Source: Candidatus Fimenecus sp. (GTDB lineage Bacteria > Bacillota > Clostridia > Oscillospirales > Acutalibacteraceae). Taken from it: 64,000 bases of DNA. Positions 1-10,500 of this stretch are shown one piece after another; the stretch's first letter is position 1, and each line of letters starts with the position of its first letter. The stretch lies in assembly GCA_045545735.1 (NCBI GenBank), contig JAZQBM010000007.1, forward strand, positions 112,295 through 176,294, in the 5' to 3' direction. The position numbers and the translations under genes were made by a program. The notes below the pieces were generated by a model. That model was not told the DNA's origin, made no database searches, and saw only the letters and a program-made list of their open reading frames with translations.

Positions 1-800
1 AGCTTGTAAATCAGTTGCAGTCGCCTGTTGTAGGTGTCACAAGTGTCTTGCCGTCTTTTTATGGAATGATTGCATCAGCACAACGTTTAATGGAAATTAC
101 AGAAATCAAGAGAGATAATACTGATTGTGATTTTAATGTTACATATGAGGAATTCAAAAGAATTAAGGCTGAAGATGTGTCGTTTGGTTATGGTGAAGAA
201 AAGGTTATTTCCAACGCAACCTTTACAGTTGAAAAAGGTGAGTTTGTAGGAATAAAAGGTCCGTCGGGTGCAGGAAAATCCACGATTTTCAAGTTGATTA
301 CGGGACTTTACTCGGCAAATAGCGGGAATATTTTTACAGAAACAGAGAAAGGCGATTATTCCTGCCAAAAAACAAGACATCTGTTCTCAGTTGTTCCGCA
401 AGGCAATATGCTTTTCAGCGGAACAGTAAAAGAAAATGTCACGCTTCTACGTCCGGAAGCAACAGATGAAGAAATAAATAATGCGATTTCTGATGCTTGT
501 GCAGAATTTGTTTATGAACTTGAAAACGGACTTGATTTTGTGTTGAGTGAAGATGGTGGCGGAATTTCAGAAGGTCAGGCTCAGCGACTTGCTGTTGCAC
601 GTGCACTTTTAGGCGAAGGCAAAATTCTTCTTATGGATGAATCAACCAGTGCTCTTGACAATGAAAGCGAAAAGAGATTGCTTGAAAATCTAAAAAAACG
701 AGAAGATATTACAGTGCTGTTTATTACTCATCGTGAATCAGTTCTTGAAAGATGCGACAGAGAAATTATAGTTTCTGACGGCAAAATTGAAGAAAGTTAA
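1..800 (+). CDS. ABC exporter, C-terminal ATP-binding domain (5' end outside window)
   Basis: The frame of ORF 15..800 stays open back to nt 3. Motifs present: Walker A GPSGAGKST, signature-like ISEGQAQRLAVARAL, Walker B ILLMDESTSALD, H-loop FITHR. Confidence 0.85.
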   Translation, partial: LVNQLQSPVVGVTSVLPSFYGMIASAQRLMEITEIKRDNTDCDFNVTYEEFKRIKAEDVSFGYGEEKVISNATFTVEKGEFVGIKGPSGAGKSTIFKLITGLYSANSGNIFTETEKGDYSCQKTRHLFSVVPQGNMLFSGTVKENVTLLRPEATDEEINNAISDACAEFVYELENGLDFVLSEDGGGISEGQAQRLAVARALLGEGKILLMDESTSALDNESEKRLLENLKKREDITVLFITHRESVLERCDREIIVSDGKIEES

Positions 801-897
801 ATATTTTATAAAAAAAGATTGCATAAAGCAACTTGCTTTGATATAATAGGTTGGATTAAAACACAACTTGGGATTTTGTGATAGGAGTGTTAATAAT

Positions 898-2412
<1,515 letters not shown>

Positions 2413-2425
2413 TTAAAAACAATTT

Positions 2426-2456
2426 ACAAACCGTACTTGTTGTACGGTTTGTTTTT
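2426..2456 (+). terminator. Rho-independent terminator
   Basis: Stem acaaaccgtac / gtacggtttgt followed by a T-run. Confidence 0.7.
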
Positions 2457-2485
2457 GCATACAGATTACTACAAGGATGTAAAAA

Positions 2486-3850
2486 ATGAGTGTTAAAGAG
2501 AATAAAATGGGAATAATGCCGGTGGGCAAACTGCTTGCAACAATGTCTGCTCCGATGATGGTTTCAATGCTTGTGCAGGCTTGTTATAATATTGTTGATA
2601 GTGTATTTGTTTCGCAACTCAGTGAAAATGCACTTAATGCGGTTTCGCTTTCATTCCCTTTACAACAGTTGATGATTGCGGTTTGTGGCGGTACAGCGGT
2701 AGGTATGAACGCTTTGCTTTCAAGGGCTTTGGGTGCAAAACAATTTGATAAGGCAAACAGAATTGCAAATACGGGAATTTTCTTGTTCATCTGCAGTTTT
2801 ATTGTGTTTGCTTTAATTGGATTTTTCTTTGCAAGACCGTTCTTTTTAGCACAGACCGATGTTGAAGAAATTGTAAGTTACGGAACGGATTACGCCTCAA
2901 TCTGTATGTGTTGTTCAATCGGAATTTTTGCACAGTTTTGTTTTGAAAAAATGCTTCAGGCAACGGGTAGAACTTTCTGCACAATGATAACTCATATGAT
3001 TGGTACAGTCGTAAATATTGTGCTTGACCCAATTCTTATTTTTGGCTTGCTTGGATTTCCGCGTCTTGAGGTTGCAGGTGCGGCGGTTGCAACGGTTGCA
3101 GGCCAGATGGCAGCAGGTCTTGTAGCAATCATATTCAACCTTAAATACAATAAAGATGTTCATATCAGCTTTAAGTTAATCCGTTTCAACAAAGAAATTG
3201 TTAAAGAGATTTATAAAATCGGTTTACCGTCAATCGTAATGCAATCAATCGGTTCTGTTATGACATTCTGTATGAACAAAATTCTTATTGCATTTACAAC
3301 AACGGCTACAGCGGTGTTTGGGGCATATTTTAAATTACAGAGTTTCGTTTTTATGCCTATTTTCGGGCTTAACAATGGTATGGTGCCGATTATTGCATAT
3401 AACTATGGTGCAAAGAAATATGAACGAGTGAAAAAGACTATTGTAATCACAATTGTTACCGCGGTTACCATTATGAGTATTGGCACACTTTTGTTTGAAC
3501 TTGTTCCGCATATTTTATTGGGCCTTTTTAATGCATCTGAAACAATGCTTGAAATCGGCGTTCCTGCATTGAGAATTATTGGTATTCATTTTGTGCTTGC
3601 TGGGTTCTGTATTATTGCAGGTTCGGTGTGTCAGGCAATCGGAAATCCAAATCACAGTTTATTAGTTTCGGTTTGCCGTCAGTTGTTCGTGTTGCTTCCT
3701 GCGGCGTGGCTTCTTGCACAGACTGACAGACTTGAACTTGTGTGGTTTGCATTCCCTATAGCAGAATGTGTGTCTTTAATCTTAAGTGCAATATTCTTAA
3801 AAAAGACATTAAACAGAGCTAAAGAAAAAATGAAAGAAATTATTGATTAA
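2486..3850 (+). CDS. MATE family efflux transporter
   Basis: 454 aa and polytopic. The N-terminus MPVGKLLATMSAPMMVSMLVQACYNIVDSVFVSQL is typical of MATE/NorM-like proteins, and the protein has two homologous halves. Confidence 0.85.
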   Translation: MSVKENKMGIMPVGKLLATMSAPMMVSMLVQACYNIVDSVFVSQLSENALNAVSLSFPLQQLMIAVCGGTAVGMNALLSRALGAKQFDKANRIANTGIFLFICSFIVFALIGFFFARPFFLAQTDVEEIVSYGTDYASICMCCSIGIFAQFCFEKMLQATGRTFCTMITHMIGTVVNIVLDPILIFGLLGFPRLEVAGAAVATVAGQMAAGLVAIIFNLKYNKDVHISFKLIRFNKEIVKEIYKIGLPSIVMQSIGSVMTFCMNKILIAFTTTATAVFGAYFKLQSFVFMPIFGLNNGMVPIIAYNYGAKKYERVKKTIVITIVTAVTIMSIGTLLFELVPHILLGLFNASETMLEIGVPALRIIGIHFVLAGFCIIAGSVCQAIGNPNHSLLVSVCRQLFVLLPAAWLLAQTDRLELVWFAFPIAECVSLILSAIFLKKTLNRAKEKMKEIID

Positions 3851-3856
3851 TTATTA

Positions 3857-3887
3857 GAGGGTAGTTTAAAAAACTGCCCTCTTTTTT
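3857..3887 (+). terminator. Rho-independent terminator
   Basis: Stem gagggtag / ctgccctc plus TTTTTT. Confidence 0.75.
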
Positions 3888-4003
3888 CGCAAAAAGTGAG
3901 AAAAATATGTAAAAAACAAAGAAAATATTTGAAAAAATGAGAAAAAATCTTTTTGCAGATTAAAAATGTCTCAAAACTGTTTCAAAAAGTCTTAAAAACT
4001 CCC

Positions 4004-4040
4004 TTGAAGTTCACGTGAACCTGTGATATAATCATATCAC
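4004..4040 (+). promoter_or_regulatory. Sigma-A-type promoter with two embedded palindromes
   Basis: TTGAAG (4004-4009), a 17-nt spacer, then extended -10 TGaTATAAT (4024-4032). A perfect 12-bp palindrome GTTCACGTGAAC (4009-4020) sits in the spacer. An inverted repeat GTGATAT-aatc-ATATCAC (4023-4040) overlaps the -10. Confidence 0.5.
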
Positions 4041-4059
4041 AACATAAGGGAGGTGGAGT

Positions 4060-4620
4060 ATGTTGGAATTAATACCAGGTACAGTGCTGAACTTTAACAG
4101 CGTTGCGGCAGAGAATTGTTATTCTGTCATTGCTCCGCTGTTAACAGTAACAAAAGGACTAACATTGGCACAGGTCAGAGAACTGACGGGGCTTGAAGCC
4201 TCAACAATTCAAAATTGGGTAAAACGTGGCTGGGTGAAAAATCCCGAAGGAAAACGTTATGGTGAAGAACAGGTTATGCGTATTATACTTATAAACATGA
4301 TGCGTGGCTCAATGCAACTCGAACAGATAGCTTTTCTGATGAGTTATATTAACGGCTCGGTGGATGACCGCTCAGACGATATCTTGCCCGACAGAGAATT
4401 ATTTAATATTCTGTGTAGTATAATTTATACGTGTCAACAGAACGCTGTTGCAGATACAGAATATCTCGACCGCGTGATAGACAATCGTCTTGAACACGCG
4501 AAAATCAGCGACGGTGTTTCTCAAAAGAAGTTGAGAACTGCCCTCAGGGCTATGGTGCTTGCAATTCTTGCAACACAAATGAAAGAATTGGCACAAAAGG
4601 CATTCGTTCAATTACTTTAA
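4060..4620 (+). CDS. MerR-like HTH protein (DUF1836-like)
   Basis: The motif LTLAQVRELTGLEASTIQNWVKRGWVKNPEGKRYGEEQVMRIILINMMR resembles the DUF1836/MerR-type HTH pattern. RBS GGGAGGTGGAG is upstream. Confidence 0.5.
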   Translation: MLELIPGTVLNFNSVAAENCYSVIAPLLTVTKGLTLAQVRELTGLEASTIQNWVKRGWVKNPEGKRYGEEQVMRIILINMMRGSMQLEQIAFLMSYINGSVDDRSDDILPDRELFNILCSIIYTCQQNAVADTEYLDRVIDNRLEHAKISDGVSQKKLRTALRAMVLAILATQMKELAQKAFVQLL

Positions 4621-4633
4621 GGAGGGGATTTGA

Positions 4634-4969
4634 GTGACAGACTTCTATGTATCAGTTTCACCGCAAGAGGCTATACGATTAATTGATAACGCCATTGTTG
4701 GAGGTTCAATTACAGGCGAAAAAATTGATGAATACGTAAACGATATGGGCAACGGCACAATGGTGGCAGTTGCGGTTTATGAAAAGCATTATTACCGTGC
4801 ATCAAATCGTCTTACCCTGACAGTTGTAATTGATAATCTTCGTAACGGCACACACGTTCACGTTGTAGGCGGTGGCGGAGGTCAAGGCTTATTCAAATTC
4901 GACTGGGGTGCGTCGGGAAGTTTTGAAGATACCGTAATGGATGCTCTTTACAAATATGTAGTCAGATAA
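4634..4969 (+). CDS. Hypothetical small protein (Gly-rich GGGGGQG loop)
   Basis: GTG start 8 nt after AAGGAGGGG. Tightly packed in an operon with its neighbours. No family recognised. Confidence 0.6.
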   Translation: MTDFYVSVSPQEAIRLIDNAIVGGSITGEKIDEYVNDMGNGTMVAVAVYEKHYYRASNRLTLTVVIDNLRNGTHVHVVGGGGGQGLFKFDWGASGSFEDTVMDALYKYVVR

Positions 4970-4981
4970 AGGAGTGAGATT

Positions 4982-5419
4982 GTGGAATACTTGGCAGAAA
5001 ATATGTGGGTGGTATGGACTGTTGTAGGAGTGCTTGCTCTTGTAATTGAAATGGCAACTGCAACACTTGTATCAATATGGTTTGTGCCCGCGGCAATACT
5101 TACTTGTCTTTTGTCTTTGGCAGTTGACAGTATTCTGGTTCAGATTGTAGTCTTTGTTGTGCTTAGTGCAATTTCAATGGTGATTTCTCGTAAAATATAC
5201 AAGAAATACATAAAGAAAAACAAAGACGAAATCAGTGCGGAGAGTAAATTAATAGGTAAAGTTGCAAAAACTACAGAAGAAACCGATGCTCATACCGGAA
5301 AAGTGCTTGTAGGTGATATTTATTGGAAAGCCATAAGTGAAACCGGTGAGAAAATCGGAAAAGACGAAACAGTAATTATTAAGGGTGTAAATGGTACAAC
5401 CCTTGTAATAAACAAATAA
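4982..5419 (+). CDS. NfeD-family membrane protein (short form, C-terminal OB-like domain)
   Basis: Two to three N-terminal TM segments plus the C-terminal stretch GKVAKTTEETDAHTGKVLVGDIYWKAISETGEKIGKDETVIIKGVNGTTLVI. It lies directly upstream of an SPFH gene, the classic NfeD-stomatin pairing. Confidence 0.75.
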   Translation: MEYLAENMWVVWTVVGVLALVIEMATATLVSIWFVPAAILTCLLSLAVDSILVQIVVFVVLSAISMVISRKIYKKYIKKNKDEISAESKLIGKVAKTTEETDAHTGKVLVGDIYWKAISETGEKIGKDETVIIKGVNGTTLVINK

Positions 5420-5438
5420 TTTATAAAGGAGAAAATTT

Positions 5439-6332
5439 ATGGAAATTTTAATTATTGCTACAGTTTTAATCGCTATTGTTATAGCAGTCATCGTATCAAA
5501 CGTACGAATTGTACCTCAGGCAAATGCATATGTTGTTGAAAGACTTGGTGCGTATCATACAACATGGGATACAGGTCTTCACGTAAAAGTGCCGATTATT
5601 GACAGAGTTGCAAAAAGAGTAAGTCTTAAAGAAGCAGTTGTGGATTTCCCACCACAGCCGGTTATTACAAAAGATAACGTTACAATGTCAATTGACACGG
5701 TTGTGTTCTACCGTATAATCGACCCTAAACTTTACACATATGGTGTTGAAAGACCAATGATGGCTATCGAAAATCTTACAGCAACAACACTTCGTAATAT
5801 TATCGGTGATATGGAACTTGACGCAACTCTTACTTCAAGAGATGTAATTAACTCAAAAATCACAACAGTCCTTGACGAAGCAACAGATGCTTGGGGTATT
5901 AAGATTAACCGTGTTGAACTTAAGAACATTATGCCTCCAAAAGAAATCCAGGATTCAATGGAAAAACAGATGAAAGCTGAACGTGAACGCCGTGAAAAGA
6001 TTTTGCAGGCTGAAGGTGAAAAGAAAGCCGCAATCCTTGTTGCTGAAGGTGAAAAGGAATCTGCAATTCTTCGTGCTGACGCTGTTAAAGAATCTAAAAT
6101 CCGTGAGGCAGAAGGTGAAGCTGCTGCAATCATCAAGATTCAGGAGGCAACTGCTGCCGGTATCGAAATGATTAACAAGGTAAATCCAAGTCAGGAATTT
6201 ATCAGCATTAAAGCACTTGAATCTTTTGAAAAGGCTGCTGATGGTAAGGCTACAAAGATTATTATTCCTTCTGAAATTCAAGGACTTGCAGGTCTTGCAA
6301 CATCCCTTACAGAATTAGCAAAGAAAGACTAA
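5439..6332 (+). CDS. SPFH/band-7 (stomatin/slipin-like) protein
   Basis: N-terminal TM segment, an SPFH core (VVERLGAYHTTWDTGLHVKVPIIDRV...TKDNV...YRIIDP) and an Ala/Glu-rich coiled-coil tail. Confidence 0.9.
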   Translation: MEILIIATVLIAIVIAVIVSNVRIVPQANAYVVERLGAYHTTWDTGLHVKVPIIDRVAKRVSLKEAVVDFPPQPVITKDNVTMSIDTVVFYRIIDPKLYTYGVERPMMAIENLTATTLRNIIGDMELDATLTSRDVINSKITTVLDEATDAWGIKINRVELKNIMPPKEIQDSMEKQMKAERERREKILQAEGEKKAAILVAEGEKESAILRADAVKESKIREAEGEAAAIIKIQEATAAGIEMINKVNPSQEFISIKALESFEKAADGKATKIIIPSEIQGLAGLATSLTELAKKD

Positions 6333-6351
6333 AATTCAAAAATAACGATAG

Positions 6352-6381
6352 GGCGGAAGCTTCGGTTTCCGCCTTATTTTT
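6352..6381 (+). terminator. Rho-independent terminator
   Basis: ggcggaagc-ttcg-gtttccgcc followed by ttattttta. Confidence 0.8.
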
Positions 6382-6551
6382 ATGCTAAAAATTTTTTAAA
6401 TTGTTAAAAAATAAACAAAATTATTCAAAAGTGTTTGCTATATGAATGAAAAATAAAAAAATAGGCGATTTAGACAACGAAAATAGTAAAAATTGTTGAT
6501 TAAAGTCGAGAAAACAAGAAAAAATCGTGTTCATATTTTGTTCAAATGTGC

Positions 6552-6581
6552 TTGACAAGTAGTACTGTAATAAGGTAAAAT
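6552..6581 (+). promoter_or_regulatory. Candidate promoter of the surface-protein operon
   Basis: TTGACA (6552-6557), an 18-nt spacer, then TAAAAT (6576-6581). It follows a long A/T-rich tract. Confidence 0.45.
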
Positions 6582-6640
6582 ATAATATCTATAATAGGAT
6601 TACTATTTATAGCCATCTTCATTTTTAGGAGGGTACTGTT

Positions 6641-7462
6641 TTGGCAGTATTTAACATTAAAAACGGCAATGACTACATAGAGTCATATTACAATAAAAAT
6701 ACGGGTTTTGAAATCGGTTGTTACACCGTAAAAGAAATGAAAGCCCTTTACCCCGACGGCGGTATTCGTGTTGTGGGGCAGGTGGCTTGCGGTAAAGACC
6801 AAATCGGCACAATCGTTTCAAATGAGATTGAAGAAATCGTCTACAAGCCAACTACTTCCGCAAGATACAAGACTGTTGGTTATGTCGAACTTGAATCAGG
6901 TTCGTTTATCGCAGTGAAAAAGGACAATCTTTTAGCAATAATTCTTTTGTTCCTTGTTGGTATTCTTGCTCTTGCAGGTTTGATTGCAGGTCTTTCATAT
7001 GTTATAAGCACAAGCGGTGAACCTGATGAAACCACAACAACACCAAATTATCTTGATGTTAATCAGCAACAGGGCTTAGGCGAACTCGATTTACCTGAAA
7101 AGGTTGAAGATATGGGTTCAAAGAGCGTTACAATGAATGGTATTGCTCAGATTAACTTTAAAGCAGGGCAGGTTGAGCAGAATTTCATTCTCTCAAACTC
7201 TGAAAAGAACAAAGATATCTGCTTTGTTGTATTCACAATTTATCTTGACAATAACGAAAACGGCGTAATTGATGCGGCTGACGAAACACTTTATCAGTCA
7301 GGACTTGTTCAACCGGGATATTCAGTTTCAAGATTTAACATTTCTCGTTCTTTAGAGGCAGGCGAATATAAAGCAATTGTTCATCAGCAACCATATTCAT
7401 TTGACCAGGCAAGAACACCACTCAACAACTTTGTTGTTAAAACAGACCTTATTGTAAAATAA
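6641..7462 (+). CDS. Bitopic membrane protein, unknown function (first gene of surface operon)
   Basis: TTG start 8 nt after AGGAGG. About 95 aa cytoplasmic N-domain, TM segment LLAIILLFLVGILALAGLIAGLSYVI, a Thr-rich linker, then an extracytoplasmic beta-rich domain of about 140 aa. Confidence 0.65.
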   Translation: MAVFNIKNGNDYIESYYNKNTGFEIGCYTVKEMKALYPDGGIRVVGQVACGKDQIGTIVSNEIEEIVYKPTTSARYKTVGYVELESGSFIAVKKDNLLAIILLFLVGILALAGLIAGLSYVISTSGEPDETTTTPNYLDVNQQQGLGELDLPEKVEDMGSKSVTMNGIAQINFKAGQVEQNFILSNSEKNKDICFVVFTIYLDNNENGVIDAADETLYQSGLVQPGYSVSRFNISRSLEAGEYKAIVHQQPYSFDQARTPLNNFVVKTDLIVK

Positions 7463-7501
7463 CTTACTTTATATAGATTAAAAACAGAAAGGAAGAAGAG
7501 C

Positions 7502-10500
7502 ATGAAGAAAAAATTATCTTCCAAAAAGTGCATAGCGCTCATATTGGCTGTTGTGATGATTATTACATCAGTTCCACTTATGATGGTCGGCGCAGTTACA
7601 ATAGGTGCTTACGACCCTGCACCATATTGGGGTGATGACCCTACAGATAAGTATGGTGCAATTAACACTAACTTTGTAGCTACACTTAATACTGATGGTA
7701 GTGTTGATATTTCATTCCCAAACGCTAATGCACAGAAAACATATAACGGTAGTGCTGATAAAACTATCGATAAGTATGTTTTCACACTTACAAAGTTGCA
7801 GGAGGACGGAACACGAAAAGAAATTTATTCTGAAGTGTTTACTGCTGCTCAGGTTGCAACAGGTACAGAGGGTGCTAAATATCCTAATAATATTTATTAC
7901 GGACCGGGCGGACTTGAATCACTTCCCGACTATGATGTGCAGTCCACATACGACGTAGCAATTATGGCAATAGATAGTGACGGTTGGTTCTCTGATAAAA
8001 TCCATACTCTTTTGACAGATACACCATATTACGACATCTCTGCAGACTTTTCACCAAATGAAACTTGGGTAGCCCGTGAAATGCTTCTTTTTGAGGGCGC
8101 GGGTAGTGCAGATATTAATGCAGAAGACCAAGGTAGCAGTACAACTGCTGACATTGACTACAAAATCTATTCGGGTTCGGCACTTGACACTAACGGTGCG
8201 TTTGCAGAAACAGGTTATGAAAAGAGCCAATCATACCGTTTCTGGATTAACTCAGCATATGACGGAACACCATATAGCGTGCAAACCACTTGGAGCCGTT
8301 CTCACTATAACTTTGAAAATGCAGAAGAAGCATGGTTCTATGTTGACTTTTCTCGTGTTGATTTTGCACAAGTAGCGTTTTCTTTGACAGCAAACGAAAA
8401 GAGATTTGTTCACTGGAAGAGTGGTAGTGAAGATAAGACTTGGTCAAGATACGGTGACCTTTTTTCTACAAAGTCAGTTGCTGGGGTAAATACAGGCGTT
8501 AAAGGTGATATTTACATTCAAAATGCTGATGGCCTTTGGGAAGAAACCACAATGACCGACGGTTATCTTACAGACCTTGCAGGTTATGAGGGATTTATCC
8601 GTATTCCAATTGAATACTTTGTATTACAGACAGACCAGTATATTAATGCAAGAAATACAGTAAGTACTGATTGGGATAAGAATGAGACAGGACTTACAAA
8701 TTATGCTAACTCGCTTCTTTTCCGTCAGGATAGCAGTAGTGGAATTATACTTGAACTTGAAGATGGCACACAAAGAACATCAACAGCTGTTACAATGACT
8801 TTTGATATAAATGACAGCACAGAGAATAAAGATGTATATCAAGTTTTAGTAAATCCAAAAGGCACGCCTGTTACAGATGCTTTAATTATCTATGACAGGT
8901 TTGAAAAGTTTCAAACAGGTGCACTTTTTTGGGAAGAAGAATATACACGTGGTACAGGTAAACAACTCCACACAGGAACAACTGTTACTGAAACAGCAAA
9001 CGCTGATGGTAAAATAACATATAAGATTAATGATGGCATAAAAGCTATTGAAGACCTTTGCTCTGCTGGTATTGAGGTTGCAAATTGGTCAGCAGACTCT
9101 GTTACTAAGAGTTTTTATATTGACCAGGTTATGTTCTGCCAGTGGGCAGAGGGTGCAACATTTAACGATGATGGTTCTGTTGCAACAACATCTTCAGTTA
9201 AATTCCCTGACGAAGGTGGCGATTTCGCAGGTGATTTAGGTAAAAAAATTGCAGGATATTATGACCGAACTGTTGAAGTTCCAAAGGCCGTTGCAAATTA
9301 CATTACAGAATATGTTGGTAAAACACCTTCTCTTGATGATGTTAATGCACTTGAAATGATTAATGAAATCATACTTACTTATCGCCAGTGTTTCCCAACA
9401 GTTTTATCAACAGATAATGATACAGCAACATTAGAAAAGGCAATTACTTATCTTAATACATTGGGTTATACAGATGCTTACAATAGATATGTAGCTGCAA
9501 AAACATTTATTGAAACATATATAAATCTGGGTGACACAGCAAGAAACTACAACGCAGTTATAGCTTTCGAATCAGGTGTTGAACTTTTACCTGACCCTGA
9601 ATTTGCCAATTATAATGACGAAGAACTTAAAGCTGAACTTGAACAGTTAATGGCTCTTTATAAATCTTTCAACTTGAGCCATTTCGAAATTCTTGGTGCT
9701 GAGGCAGAAAACAAGTTTACTGAACTTTATAGCATTATGATGGGTGAAGAGGTAAAGACTGGTTATTCAATTGGTGGTTACCCATATATTCCGTTTAATG
9801 ATTTTGAAAAGAATATTAGTGGTTATAATGCAAACTACTCACTTGGACAATTAAGTTTGCAATATTATGATGATTCGCCTAGAGTAGGAAACAAAGATTT
9901 AAGACCTACAGACGTGAACAACACAAAAAATCTAGTTACTTATGTTACTCCTGACATTATTCCACAGTCAGGACAGAACTGGATTGGTAATGCAAAAGCT
10001 GTTGGTTGGTCTGTTGCGGACTATCGTGCGACAGCAGATAATCTTTTGTCTGATTCCAATGAAATTTTTGATACGTCCGATTATTTTGGAAGAATGGACG
10101 CAGAAATTTCAAATAGTGGATTTGCAGGTTCACAGGGTGTGCAGATTAACCTTGATGGCGACATTACAACACTTGACGCTGATGATAATCCTAAATTTGC
10201 AACCGTTTCAACAACATATAAAGGTCAGAATGTAAACACTTGGACAGAACTACAAGGCCTTAATCTTGCGGCTCTTCAACTTACAGATACTTATGCTGAC
10301 GGAACAACTGCAAAAGATAATGAGCGTTACGGAACGACTTCAACAGGCGAACAGGTAACACCAAACTCGTTTGTTATGTATGTTGACTTCAGTGAAGTTA
10401 CAAATATAGCAATGAATATTAAGTTTATTCTTAATAACGGGTCAGGAACTGATGTAAACTGTTATTTCTGTGGTGGTAGTGAAACAGCAACACCAACAAT

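Noticed and set aside
868-897. TTG start at 868 for the BY-kinase, and similar upstream alternative starts given by the ORF track for dprA (27062), yqeK (39786), leuS (40872), ilvE (56248), gap (58217), GH3 (59338) and the M15 peptidase (19019).
   Set aside because: The downstream ATG codons have properly spaced RBS sequences and give N-termini matching the conserved family N-termini.
5732-6281. Antisense ORFs (134 and 108 aa) within the SPFH gene.
   Set aside because: They are generated by the Ala/Glu-rich coiled-coil codons of the sense gene. No independent signals are present.
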